A stretch of DNA of 56,175 nt, counting the filler, from Sphacelaria rigidula (lineage: Eukaryota), in assembly GCA_964200075.2 (NCBI GenBank). It is 4 parts of 4 records of this genome, joined end to end, with 100 filler letters (N's around TTAATTAATTAA, not from the genome) between each part and the next. Parts side by side here need not be neighbours in the genome. Positions count along the whole stretch, not along the records: positions 1 to 13,970 come from CAXNAA020002540.1; 3 more parts are not named here. The stretch is one strand, 5' to 3'. Of this stretch, positions 1 through 13,142 are shown one piece after another. The stretch's first letter is position 1; each line of letters opens with the position of its first letter. The notes below the pieces were generated by a model that worked only from the letters and a program-made list of their open reading frames with translations, ran no database searches and had not been told where the DNA came from. The position numbers and the translations under genes were made by a program.

Positions 1-469
1 TACTCGAAGGATTGTTTACCGCCTGCCTGCCCTTCGGCTTCATGCACGAGAACGCAGTACCACACTCATGCAAAAATGACCGTCTATGTACAGAACCGTT
101 TCACAAATCTGTGATACTGTACCGTCTGTGCCATAAAATGGCCACCCCAATTTTGAGAACACGAATTTGAGTCCCCCCGACTTTTTCAAAATCGGGGCCC
201 AAATAAATCAGGAGTCGTTTGCCATAAAAGTGGGCCTAAGACCCGTGCGAGTGACGAGTGAAACAAGAGAAGGTTTCCTTTTCACCGATGTGCCGTATCA
301 GACCCTGGAACCCATTGCTGGTTTTGGAATGGAATGTTTCATCGTGTTTTTGCTGATTATTGTAGATGGATACACGCAAGTGTTACAAGCAAAGAAAATC
401 ATACACAGAATGAGAAAGTGGTCAAGTTGAAGCGAACGATCAAACCGATTATCAACGAATGCTCTCCTC

Positions 470-1566
470 TCACTCCCACGAAAACATTGTTCAAAGCGCC
501 GTGCGGAAGGCTGCATACAGGCAACAACAAACACAGCGTCTAAGATTGCTCTTGATTGAGATCATATTGATATGACGCACGCGTATGTTTCACAAGCCAG
601 ACGCCTATGGTGTCAGGAAATATAGTCGCGTTACCGTTTGAATGTGATGTGTTGCACATACACAATAAGCCAGAAAGAGACAAGGAAACAAGAAAAAATG
701 CGACTCAAAAATTCACCGAACTCCGAGAAATCGAAGCAAAGAAAGGCCTGCGAAAAAAGCGCCGGGCGGTAAGCTGCAGTTTTTTATTGCTCTTGCTTAC
801 GCTCTCACTGATTGGATGCCTACGCTGTAAGGAAAAGTAATCGTGTTACCGCTTCAACGTGAGTGTGTTGCACATATACAGCCATGTATGGTCCAAAGAG
901 AACTCCAGCCTGAAGGAAACGTCGACGCTTTTCTTGCGTTTTGGTGTCTTTCGTGTTCATCGTGTATGCCTGTAAGATCGAAGGTTCTGTTTTTCAGAAT
1001 CAAAACGTCAGGATCACCAGTCCGCAAGTTACGAAATTAAATCAGACGGCCAGGAAAGAGACAATAAAATTCGGCTCCAAAATTCACCGAACCGCGGCAA
1101 ATCGACTGTTGAATTCACCGAACCCAGATCCCCAGGAAATCAATGTAAGGAACACAGAAAGGCCGACGAAAAAGCGCCGTGCGGAACGCAGAAAACAGGC
1201 AACAACAAACAGGTGAACGGTGATGGAAAATCATTGCACTACCTGATCAACCCTACGTGATTGTGTGTTTTGTGCAATACAATCACACATTTACAGCGAC
1301 ATGGTCGAAAGAAAACTCTAGCCCGAAGGAAACAGAGACGCTCTTCTTGCGTTCTGGTGTCTCCTGTGTTAATCATCGTGTACCCCAAGAAATTTCCGTT
1401 TTTCAAAGTCAAATTTCCGCTTTTAAGAATCAAAGTGTCAGATCCACCATCAGGGCTCCGCGTGTCGCCTATTACGCGCATACTTTCAGGCACTGACAGC
1501 TTGGGTCGAAGGTCGAATCTCGCCCTCGTCGAAGGTGAACGGTGATGGGAAAACATTGCACTATCT
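470..1566. repeat. Degenerate array of shuffled 30-100 bp direct-repeat blocks
   Basis: AAAGCGCCG(T/G)GCGG at ~493, ~756 and ~1171; AGCC(T/C)GAAGGAAAC..GACGCT(T/C)TTCTTGCGTT(T/C)TGGTGTCT at ~907 and ~1320; GGTGAACGGTGATGG(G)AAAA(T)CATTGCACTA at ~1212 and ~1534; TCG(C/T)GTTACCG..TGTGTTGCACATA at ~626 and ~841. Confidence 0.7.
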
Positions 1567-1794
1567 CAGCAAGCTTTTGAAAATGAAAAATGTCGCAGGG
1601 TGACGTGGAGCTAAAGGGGTTTGTAAAGTGTACCGTTTTAAGAGTAGGTATCATTGTCCCGCTTGCACGGGAGCGTTCACGCGTAGTCTTAGTTAGACAT
1701 ACATATGATTTAAGACCAGTGTGCACGGGGTGGGGCCGGCACGCAGAGAACCCTGCACCAAGCTTGCCCTGTACTCCTGGATACGGGCCTGTTT

Positions 1795-4700
1795 TCAGAG
1801 GTGATAGCTTGTGATGTGTGCTGTGACGGATCTCGTGTGTGATGCGGTGTTCTCCACCACAAGGGTTCGCCCGTGAAGCCAGCTGCCCGTGCCGACTGTG
1901 ACTACCCCTCTTCCCACGATGACCTCCCCTCTGAGCACAAGATAATTGAAGGTGCGGAACATGATTCAATCGACTAGTAGGTACAAATCCTACAACGTCC
2001 CCGATGAAAATGCCTTCATATTATGAAAAAGGGACGACACTGATTCAATGCAGGCTAGTCCCAGCGACAGAGACCAAAAAGTATTAGGGGCAGCAGCACC
2101 AACAGAAAGGAATCCTGAGATATGGAGTGTTCGTAGGCTGGCTCCCGTGCGTCCAAATCAGTACCGTGGGCCAGAGTTACCATGTCCTCCTTGCTCTCAT
2201 GTATTTGTTTGGTGGTGTTCCCGCGCTTATTATAATCAATCAGCACATGCGCAATTTATTATACGTGTTTCTTTACTCCAGCTTCGTGCTCCGCGTCTCG
2301 TGTGTGCTACCCATCTCGCCGTGGTTCGGTGCGCCATCTGATCGGTCATCCGGGCACTCTATTTTAAGGTATCCCGGTACACCCAGTACGGCCTGCTTGT
2401 GGCAATTGGGGAAGTTTTTGGTATACCGTCACCAGAATTTCCTTTGAAATGAAACGTAGCGTGCGCGTTTCTGACATTAATGAAGGCGAGAAGAACAATA
2501 TGTGCTTCGATTCTCCATCGCCAACCGAAAGTCGGAAGTTTTGGCGAAAGCAATCCTGGAGAGGAGCGTCTACAGAAGTGTGTCGGATCTCCAAGTCTTG
2601 AGGAATATACAGTACTGTTATAGAGCTGTGTATTATGGCCAATACACCTTTGTCAATGTTAACACATGTGGCATGTATTTACACTGAAGATAAATCATCA
2701 GTTGCACCAATGAGACAGTGTGCTCCGCATTCTGTAGCATTATCTACTGAACGTGCACATATTTGGGACAAGGGCATTACATCATTGGACTTCGAGGGCC
2801 AAGCCCCCTGGATGCACCGTGACACACCCATAGCTGGATACAGCGCGTGCTTCGACGGGAGGGAGGACGGCCCCAATCAAGACGGAATCGGCTTCGCCGT
2901 TGGACAGGAATGTGATTGGAGAGACAGTGTATCGATTGAGATCAGCGAACGAATGGCGAAGACACGTGTCCAACTGGCAGGCAGATACACGTGACTAACC
3001 TGATTGATGCATGAGCTCTCGCCAAATGGGCGACCATGGGCGTTAATCTGAGTTGGATAAGACTACGGTACAAGAACCACCCACTTCGCGTGCTACTGGA
3101 TGAAAACACCCGCACTGGTGAACGAGAAGATACCAACAGTGCAGGGGTGGTCGCCTACGACCGCAACGTTCAATTCGATAACGCCCTTCTGCTCGAACGA
3201 TCGGCCGAGAATAGAAACGTGTTCACCGTCAACACCTGCTTCATCACACGTCAAGGAGGCCAATTTCACACGCTCGAACGGACGAAACCCCCCGCGATGA
3301 TATCGACTCGACAACCTACTCATGCGCCAAGCAGGTTGCCGCCTCCTACGGACCGCAGGCGTGGATAAAGTGGCGAAGAAGGACTCCGATCATTCAGCCG
3401 TGCACGTGTCGACCTGACTGACGAGCTGAATCATCACCGACCGCAGGAATCGTGATCGCAGCAATGGAGGTAAGAGTAGACGAGCTTCCGACAGCTCACG
3501 AATCGACTCGTCTAAGGGAAAGTGCCCCGCGCCATCAGAGTACAACTCCGCTCCGCAGGCCACCGGAAAAAAACACCCACGGTCAATAGCCAAGTCGACG
3601 TCAAATGCTTGTCACGTAGCTGGAAAACCACGTCAAAGATGCGGAACGCCCCTGAGTCCAAGATGATTACAAAGGCCTGTACGCACATCCCAAGAGGATG
3701 CACTTGGAGGGACCGGCTCAGTGTTTACCTGGACCATGATAAATTCGTCCCCGAGGGGTAAGCTACAGTGCGAATCCTCGGCCGGTTCGCACGCAACAGA
3801 CGTCAGCGCACGCCCGTTGGGCACATATCCGCATAGATGCGAGCAGTGATGTCTGACATTAACAGACGCGAGCAACTATTGTATACAGTTTATCAAAAGC
3901 GAGCTCAAGTAGAGAAAAGTCGGAGACAAGGTTGGTGAAATGACTACCAACTTTGCCCATATACTTCCAAGATCCACCGAGATGGTATCGCCATGTCTGA
4001 TTCAACAGCCCGCTATACGAGGGTGTTGAGAGGGTGGGATGATGCGCGTCGGGTTGGCGATACGAGTAGGGCTGTGAGAAAGCTCCGCATTGATCAGGTA
4101 CCTGCGCATGCGAGGGAACTGGAGGAGTCTATTGGAATTGGAGATATGAAAGGCTGGTACGGGCACTCGGAAGGAAGATGGAGGTACGAGTAAAGACGCT
4201 AGAGAGCGGGCAATATATGAAAGGACGAGCAGGGGAAGTTACTGCGGCACAGGGATTCAATCCGTTACGGATAGAAAACTCACTTTTCTTCTTTGCTTCA
4301 CACAACAGTGCCAGCTATGGATGTAACCGCCATCGAGAGTATGATACCACTGCCGACAGCCGAATCACTTAGAAGATCGCCCATCCTCGATGGGCGATCT
4401 TCGAAACAGAAGAGGGACTGATAGCTATACTTGTAGCTAGAGGCAAAACGGTGGGACTGGATAGGCTACCTGCTCAGCTTCGAACTCTTGGAATTGGTCA
4501 GGGAGCCTTCGAAGATCCTATACCTCGTTCACGGCATCCTCGTTGCTGTTTGGACGTTTGGCGGAGGTGCCGCAGGGGTGGGAGCATGCCAGTAGCAAAG
4601 GGTTGGTTACACAGGAAGAAGGATGGGACCGATTCCGGTACTTTAGGGACATCTTTTTCTTGGCGGTTGCTTGTGAAGTTTTATAACTGTAGCTAATGTG

Positions 4701-6140
4701 CTTGATGGAATCTGCGAGGAGCCAGGGATTTCCCTGGGTGAAGAGTGCGAATTCTGACGCCAGCGATCGACCATCGACATGATCTTCGTAGTACGCCATC
4801 TGCAGGAGTTGGAACGGGCGAGCAGGAGCTCACTGAACATGCGCTCCATTGACCTGCAGAAAAAAAAGCGTACGACTTCTTAGACCGCACGCTCTTGTGT
4901 CTTGTGGGAAGCTTTTGCCCGTTTCGGAGTCCCGTTGCGAATGATCGAGGTCATACGTATTTTCCATGGTGACATGCCAGCTCGGATACAGCCGGATGGG
5001 GGCAAACTATCAGGATAGTTCCACGTCTGCCAAGGACCGAGGCATGGATGCGTCCCGCCCCCGCTGCTGTTTAACGTTCTCGGCGTAGCATTGGTCGATG
5101 TAGAATTACTGCGCGCCACAGTAAACCTGGTGATGCTCTCAAGCTTGGTACATTTAGATGATGCGCCGAAAAACAAGAGTTAAAAAGAAGGGCGGTTACC
5201 CCATAGAAGAAACGCCGCTGGAGAGGGCGCGACCCGCGGTGTGAGGAACGCTGTACGCGGTGTGGGGAGTGCTGTACGCGAATAACTCAGGCACAGTCTC
5301 GAGATCCCCAGGCGAGCTTGCCAGGATGATGGCTGTGGTAGTGGTGATCTGGAAGAAGTTCGCTCTAACGGTATCGGAGAACAATACAGGTCATATGCCT
5401 CTGGTCATCACCAAGCTCCCCAGATATCGCACTGCACATCAGGGCGGCAAGCTAACAGTACGGGCTGATCCCATGACTTGATCCGAGAAGCGTCTCGGGC
5501 GCAAAGAAAACGAATGGCAGCAATAAAATAATAGAACAAATGGGTTCTGTGCAACCGTACAGCCAACCCGGAGTGCGTCAAACGGTCTAATCGATCATAC
5601 AGACGCTTTCCCTATGTCACACTCTCCGGGGGCACTAAGTACGGCCTGGCGGCGACACCCGTCGGTGGTGGTTTGGTGCAGAATTCAAAATGCCTGCATT
5701 CTTACTTAATTGCGCTGAAAGTTGGTGGGTGTGTAGGTGACATCACGGCGAGAACAGCGACACCTGTATCGGCTCCTAAATCGTCGCTGTACAAAAATAC
5801 CGGCCAAAACAGATATTTGAAAATATCTGCCTTGATGTGCGAGATTTCCACGCCCGTACATGTCTTGGATTCCTCACGCAATGTTCGAGAGGGAAGACCT
5901 GAACCTTTGAGGAAAGGTGCGCATCGAAAAATTGAAGGGCATCATTACAGTGGTTCTTGTTTTTCCTTTTGGTTTCGGAGATCAGGCGTTTTTTTTGCCA
6001 GAAGGTATAGTCAATTAGACCGAACTCCGAAAAAAAAAGACCGGTAATGGTGGCCTCTCCTCGAAAAGTCACATACTAACTTTCAAACCTTGCGTGAGGA
6101 ATCGTCGGAGAGACTTTGTTAGCTCAGGTCGTGGGAACAA
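1795..6140 (-). CDS. Tentative hypothetical spliced gene (candidate exons ~6089-6140, ~2428-2596, terminal 1795-1930)
   Basis: Pyrimidine-rich acceptors and phase-compatible GLFPRPELTKSLRRFLTQ|DLEIRHTSVDAPLQDCFRQNFRLSVG...; terminal exon GEVIVGRGVVTVGTGSWLHGRTLVVENTASHTRSVTAHITSYHL*. No domain recognised. Confidence 0.25.
2780..5460 (+). mobile_element. Decayed RTE-like non-LTR retrotransposon (APE endonuclease + RT), many stops and frameshifts
   Basis: APE-like GYSACFDG..GIGFAVG..ISERMAK and DENTRTG..VNTCFITRQGG; linker ELEESIGIGDMKGWYGH; RT-like GLDRLPA..LHRKKD, CEF*RQRSTIDMIFVVRHLQEL, QGPRHGCVPPPLLFNV and LYANN (degenerate YADD). Homologous to the copy at 16256-19322. Confidence 0.88.
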
Positions 6141-7020
6141 TCCTGTGTGCGTAGATATTGCTTGTACTGGTATCTTCCTCTATCCTGGTGCTGCTGTCGC
6201 TTTACTTGCTGTTGCTCGGGGTTTCACAGGACATTGCTCTCACACCTTGTCGTATTAAGGTAAACGGTGCGTTGTTTTACCCACGTTGCTCCATACTTCC
6301 TCTGACTGCAGTCTGGCAACAGTTACATGTCAACCACCAATGATGAATTCATTGTCTCGACTGAGAATGCTGTAGCTGAGCGCTGCGACGTCAGCCACCG
6401 GAACCTTGTATGAGTGTATTGAATTTCGCTCAAAGTGGGCGAGTTTGGACCTACAAATTTGAGGATAGGGGCAAGTCAATTATTTGAAGGCTATCGGTGT
6501 TTTTCACGTTATTTCTGGGTATGAAGGATAATCTGTAGCCGGAAATTTGGACAAATTGACCTAATCCCAGAGAAAATAGAATTGACCCGCTGACCCCCCA
6601 ATGAATAAAAGAACAAGAAAACCGGAAATGACGATGGCAGCCTCCAAATAGTGGGTCCGCTCCTGTCCTCGAAATATCAGGTCGGGAATCACGAACCTCG
6701 AGCGAAGCATCCCTTGACACTCAACCCTTGTAGTCTCGTTAGGACGAGCTGTTGCCTTGAAAGTGGAAACTAAAACGAATGCCCACAGACTCAGAAGCCC
6801 AGTGGCCGATGCAGGATACTCGGGCGGCGTCAGCTGCACTCGTCATATCGCATCGGCTGCTTGGGTTGCTCTTTTGGTTGCGCTCCTGGTTTCAGACGAC
6901 ACTGCCCGCATATCACAGCGTTCTGCCAGAGTTTAGTCTGCTGAGATGCTTTGATTTCGTCGGAGTAACGTGTCCGTTCGCCTACTCGACCTTTCTCGGT
7001 TGTTCAACTTGACGTATCAG

Positions 7021-10000
7021 GATTTGAACATTACTTTAGGGGGCAGCGGTCAGACTTCCGGTGGATCCACAACGTCAGCCGCAGCAGCGAGAGCGACCCC
7101 TCGGATTACGAACCCTTACCTCGATGCTTCCATAGCGAGGGATGCTGGAGGTGTACGACAGATGGAAGGCCGCCTACCTGTGGCGGCCTCAATAAGCGAC
7201 AGCGCTATCGGGGAGCAGATCCACCGACCAACACCAGCTCCTGGTGCATCAACCAAGATCCAGGTTGGCACGAATCCGCTGTTTTGAAGCTTGTACCGAG
7301 TCTATTTGCGCAAGAGTTCTGAGAGGCATACCATGACCCGTCTGGACTCGCTCCGCAAAATCAACCAAACAATCCGGTTGTTTTCTAGTGCTAATGACCG
7401 GGTTGCCCACACTCGATATGCACAGCCTCCACGCAATTGCGCCAACGTGATGGTGACGTTGCAGTGCAATACGCAGGTTCGCGATCTATCGACGGCTTAC
7501 ATCATCTGGCTCACCTTCTCTCTGTGTGAAATAAAAATGACAGGTCCACAAGCGCCAAGAGAAGAATTCGATTCTCAGACATGTGCGGAACGTGCCGTAC
7601 GAAATCACACCGGGAATTCTAGCTGACTTCGTCCTCGGCCCGAAGGCCTGCGCAGTCTTCATCAGCCTGAGATATCATCTCTTATATCCCAACTACCTCA
7701 TCCAGAGAGTAAAGGTATGAGATATGTGCACTACCCTTCAATCGCTCGTTTTTGGCGCAAGTGTGGTGCTGTACATACTATTCTAGAGAGGTCTCGCGGT
7801 TCATGTACCCCATGCCCTGTGCTCGACATCACTCCACCACAGGAGCTCTCGAAGCACTTCACGTTGCGTGTGCTGCTTTGCCACGTAGACGTGGACGACA
7901 GCGAGAAACCCCTGCTCGACATCAACAGGATGGCGGTGTTGAATGACTTCACTCTGATACTGGCGTGGAGCATTCAGGTAAGCTACAGAAGCAAGTGCTC
8001 GACGCGGGCGGGTGTGCTGCCGGCTGCGTCGTTCTCCTCAGTATCCAATCGTTTGAAGGTGGCTTGGAGGATGAAAGTCCATCAGCTATGAAGATGTTTC
8101 CGTATCGGCAGAGATCGCGCGCGGTCCCGGGGGTGTGGTTGCATGTCGTCAGGAAGACGTCCACATTCTTCAGAAGAAACAGATAAAATGAACGTGGCGT
8201 ATTGATGAGATAACAATTGAATGGTGGGAGGACGAGGCGCGATAACCCCCTCCCCCCTCCTCAAAAAAGATGAAAACTGGCGACGTCTATTACAATATTT
8301 GAAACAACCATGTATATATATACATCGGTCAATTTACGTTGAACACGAAGAAAGTTGCAGACGCACGAGCACGCCGACCTCCACTACTCCTCCCAATCGA
8401 CTATATTTGGGTCTTTGTATGCATCAGAGCACACATGAACCTTAGTGGCGTGCGCCTTCAAATTTCAGTACGGCACTCGCGTAGGGGTAAATTATGAGTA
8501 TTTGGAGTAGCTCGCATGCAGCGAAGATCTTGGAACCGGAGAGTAGTAACCATGCCACAACCCAGAAATGATGTAATGACTATACACAACGCTACATATC
8601 GGCATCAATGAAACAGTGTAGCTGCGCAACGCCATGGTCACATTTGCAACAAGGATATAATCTAGACTTGTGAACTGGCTGCCAGTTCAAGTGGTCAGTT
8701 ACAGTCAACTGGTACAACTGTTCGTAACCAGTTGAACCAGATGTTACCCGACATATGTGCCACACTCCCAAGGGTTCTGTGTAAATATGTTATACTCATA
8801 ACAATATTTCCGAAGTATTGTCGTACTACAATGACCGTGGGGATGCTCTTACAGAGGCGACAACATGACCGCACAGCGCATATATCTAGACGTGGACACG
8901 AATATCGCAGATAATGTATTCCAATATGAGAAGCAGGAGTAGCAGCAGCAGCAGCGACAAAGAAAGCGAGGACGACCTGTCAGAGATGGAGCTCACAACT
9001 TCAGGCAGCGGTGCTCTTCCTGTCGATCAGTTCTGAACTGATGAAGTCTCATTGTAAACTGTTATCACGTTGTCGTTCTATTAATATATTATATTATTAA
9101 TAGTAGTTCCTGGCACTTGACTGGTACACGCGGAACGCTGTGTATGGTGTACTACTGTCTCACCGCTTCGTTTTTTTTATTCACGTCCCAAAGTTCAGTG
9201 ACATTTCTTTTTTTAATTAATACTTTTGTGCACTGATTACGTGCTCGAATTGCTAGCGCTAGGCAGGTAGAATTTACCTCGATTTTGAAGAGATGTCAAG
9301 CCAAATGGCGTACTTTTCTCGCCTCCGGTGGGGCCCCCTCACCAGGTGGGGGAGGCCATTTGGGCGACTCCGCCGCGTTACCTCAACAGGCAACGCTGGC
9401 GGAGTCGCGGGGCGGCTTCGCTGCCAGTTATCCAGTTTAACTGATAACTGTAACTGGTTGCGATTTCCTGCAAACTGTCCCATTAAAGGGAGCTAGTCAA
9501 TCGCCACGTAGCAACGCGAAGTATAGAGGTGCATTCCCCATCAGCTTATTGCCGGCGTCTGCGCTGTTTGCCCGTCGTGTACGTGACCCTTCAGCTGCTT
9601 CTGTTTGGTACTTTACAAGAACATCTGTAACTGGATGTCGTGAAGTTATGTACAGATCATTGCGTATTGCTGAGGTCCAGATATTGGATCATTTTTATCC
9701 ACCCATCTGTATCAAGTACTGGTTGTAATGAAGGCCTGGACAACGAACAAAGAATGCTATCCACCCGACCGATTTTGCTTGTATCTCCGACAATAGTCAC
9801 CACCATGGCACACACGTATACACGACTAGCAGAGCGTTGTGATTGTGAAACTCAACACGACGACTGGTGCAGAATGTGTGTTCACAGCCGCAGATTCGTC
9901 GTGCAGGCCGCCTGAACTGCACCCTCGGGTACACATGATATGTTGGAAACTAAAATAGAGAAGTGTCCATGTGGCGACTGTGCCATTCCTTGACATTTCT

Positions 10001-11056
10001 CGGTGTATTCCTCTGCCCATCAACAGGAGGCTGCTAGATACCTGGAGACTTATAAAGCTTACGAGCAGAAGTCTGCTGAGAGCATTCAAGAAAAGGTGAG
10101 ATTTTTCGTTGATCGTGTGTTTGGAGCCTACGCGTGATGCATCGTGAGCAAATATATCGGGAAAACGTAATTATCGAACACTATGTTCCAAGCGGAGGCG
10201 TGGGGATATTTCGGACCGTCGTATTTTGAGCATGTGGCCAAGACATGGCTTAGACGGAAAATGCAGTCACGGATTTGTCGAGCCCTAGAACGTGCGGCTC
10301 TACCTGCACTTGAATACCTCAAGTGTATCCATGTACCCTCATGAATGACGCTTTCGTCACACAGAGTCCTTGAACATCGCTGGAGATGGTCCAGCTCGCT
10401 ATTTGTCGCAGTTCAATGTTGCAATGTGATGACCATAAAACACATGGAACAACGTGTAACACCTCAAGCGTGAAACTGCCCGCAGCGGTATTGCAGGCAC
10501 AGCCGGGCCCAAGAATACCATGAACCGCAATGCAGTAGTGCAATGTAATGACTAAAAAGCTCAATCCAAGACTAGACCGAACATGTATCCGCAGTCGAGT
10601 GGATAAGACAAGATCAATTTCCTAATCCGTGGAACACATGGAGCAACGTGTAAGGTCTCAAGCGTGAAACTACTCGGTATTAAAAGCACACCCGGGCCCG
10701 AGAATACCATCCACAACAAAGCAAGATGCTAGGCACATGAAAACGCCGTCAAAGTGGCGAAAACACAATACCTCGACTCCAACCCCACGGAATATATCCT
10801 TGCTGTGTGACAGGTCAACGACGACTACTTGGCGAAGCTTCAAGACTGCTTGGGAGTAGTACGATCCGTGAACAAGTCGGATGTCCTTACTCTTGCATCA
10901 AATTTTGGATCGCTGAAGGCAATATGCGACGCCTCTGCTGGCGAACTTGCTGTGTGCCCGGGCCTTGGAGACAAGAAAGTTGCGCGAATATATGAGGCTC
11001 TACATGAGCCTCTGTCACATGCTCACAAGGCCAAGCGAAATCGACCGGGTAGTTAG
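7021..11056 (+). CDS. ERCC1: DNA excision repair protein ERCC1 (Rad10); exons 7021-7263, 7544-7714, 7843-7977, 10027-10095, 10814-11056; first exon/ATG unresolved (possibly 6779)
   Basis: All phase-0 GT-AG joins give STKIQ|VHKRQEKNSILRHVRNVPYE..DFVLGPKACAVFISLRYHLLYPNYLIQRVK|ELSKHFTLRVLLCHVDVDD..LILAWSIQ|EAARYLETYKAYEQKSAESIQEK|VNDDYLAKLQDCLGVVRSVNKSD..CPGLGDKKVARIY. This is the Rad10 central domain plus tandem HhH. Confidence 0.95.
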
Positions 11057-11215
11057 ACCTCGACGACTGGAGGGTTCCGATCCTTGGGGTGTAGAACTAT
11101 TTTTACAGGCCTTTTTTTAATCCATTTTGCTGCACAAGTGGATCGCCGCTTTGCACAAAATATTGCAACGCCACGATTCGACAGCGTTTACCGCGCAGGT
11201 GGTGAGGACCAACAT

Positions 11216-13142
11216 CTAGTCTTTAGGGTCCTCCACTCCGACTGGGCCAATGGAGAACTGGCCTTCGCTTTCCGCTAAAGTTGGAGAGTCGAACACTTGG
11301 CATATTCTGTTGTCCCCTCGAGCTTTGCGCAGACGTAGTCTGATATGTCGTCGATAAACAAAGCGGCAATAGTGCAGAACAAACGCAGGGAGACATGGTG
11401 ACAGCTGCATTTAGCAGGGAAAAGTTGTTCCTGTGCGAAAAATGGGGATGAGTTGGATTGCTTGTACTTGGGTGAGCAAACTCAAAACGTTGTTACAACA
11501 GGCGGAGTCCGCGTGGAGTACAGGCTTACCGTGTGGTGGAGGCATGGGCTATGATATTTCCCCCGATAGGCTTTGTGCTGTCCTTCGCGAAGCTCATGCC
11601 ATCCGGGTTTGCAACTACTTGATTGGTGAGAACCACGGCCACTCCAAATTCTTCTGCCATGCGTGTAAGCTGTCGTAAGAACCTGCCGTTGGTCCCCAGA
11701 GAACAAACCCGAACGGTTACACGAGAGTACGCAAAGCGCGGAAGACGATCCGCGATATCAGGAAGTTTGCAGCGATCAGGTTCTCACCAGACGAAAAAAC
11801 GAGCCAAATATACCTCAAGAGCGAATAAGTGCAAGCAATCCACACTCCCTACAAAAATCGCGTGTTTGGCCGTGCCTTGGAGCTATTCTTGAAGTGACGG
11901 TTTCACGTTGGTTCCAAAGCATAAGGCTACTTATAAAGTACTGGAGCGATCTCAGGGTTTGGGCGAGGAGGACACGAGAGCAGCTTCGCTAGCAGCAGAC
12001 AAGGAACTTCAGTGCGGTCTACTCGCAAATGCTGTCAATCCCGCATACCATGCCGAACTGCGAGTGACAGCAGCGTTGCATGCACCATTGCGTATGCATT
12101 TGCCCTCAACAGTACATTACAAGACGCGCCGAGCTGGGGTACGCCATGTATAACTCACTGGGCCAATTGCATCTGTCGTTCTGACAACTCTCCTCGCCCA
12201 CAATAGTCCGTGCGGAACAAGGCCGTCGCGCTGTCAACAACCAACAACGCGTACCTGGAGACCACGGACAAATAAGCGAGCAGTAGAGAAGCAATTCAAG
12301 ATGAGGAAGAATACAACTGCGAGAACGGAACACAACAAAGATGGCTTTGGCTATTGTCGCGTGGTCGAAGGACGACGGATCGCACCTGTCCTCCGCCATC
12401 ATCGCTGATGCCATCTTGAGCAGGTCCATCTGTTGCTCGGAGTTATGCGCCCTGGCATACGCAACATTCTCTAGCACATCCTCCCCTGCGAATAGGACGT
12501 ACAGTGGTACAGTCGGGTCAGCGTGGTAAAACTGACTATCGTACTGGGCATGAGGCCATACATACAATGCGTGAAGGAAGTCTATTAATTCGTTCAGCAC
12601 ATACCGATGAGCAAAAGTAACCGACTCAACACGCACGAAAGGGTGATGTACATATGTGCATGCCAACATGGTACTCCAAAAGATGATCGTGGTACTCCAA
12701 ATTGTAACGTAGAGGACTGTTCATGTAATGGGAAGAATAACAACGACTCACCGTTCAGGCCAAATCGTTCAGCAATTGCCGTGAGTCGTTGCGGTCGGAA
12801 CGTTCCCTCGGTGTCAATGTACATTGCCTTGCCCTCCCCACCTCCAGCATCAAGGGGAAGCTGACAAGAAACGCAAAGCGTGTGGCACAGCTGGGTTTTG
12901 CCAGTTCGAAACTCCCCGAATACCTCCGTCAGCGACCCGGTCTCGATCCCCCCCTCTAGTAATTTGTCCAACTCCTTACTGCCGGTGGTGAGGGTAATTA
13001 GGTCCTGGCGCTGCAGTAGGTGTTGAGTCGCGGTGGTGAATCCTATAGGGACGAGCTTGTACACAGTTTCCTTAAGCTTGGCCGCCTTTTGGTCGCTAAT
13101 TCCCTTCACCTCCACAAGCTTGCGAATTGTGCAGTGTGCGAT
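11216..13142 (-). CDS. RAD51: DNA repair recombinase RAD51, 5'-partial; exons 13142-12752, 12485-12386, 12254-12159, 11682-11530, 11339-11216
   Basis: Walker [19 protein letters not shown], Walker [21 protein letters not shown] and [16 protein letters not shown] (RAD51-type GGNII, not DMC1 GGHI/V). All introns are GT-AG and phase-consistent. Confidence 0.96.

Noticed and set aside
11216-13142. DMC1 assignment
   Set aside because: [13 protein letters not shown] and neighbouring residues are RAD51-type.
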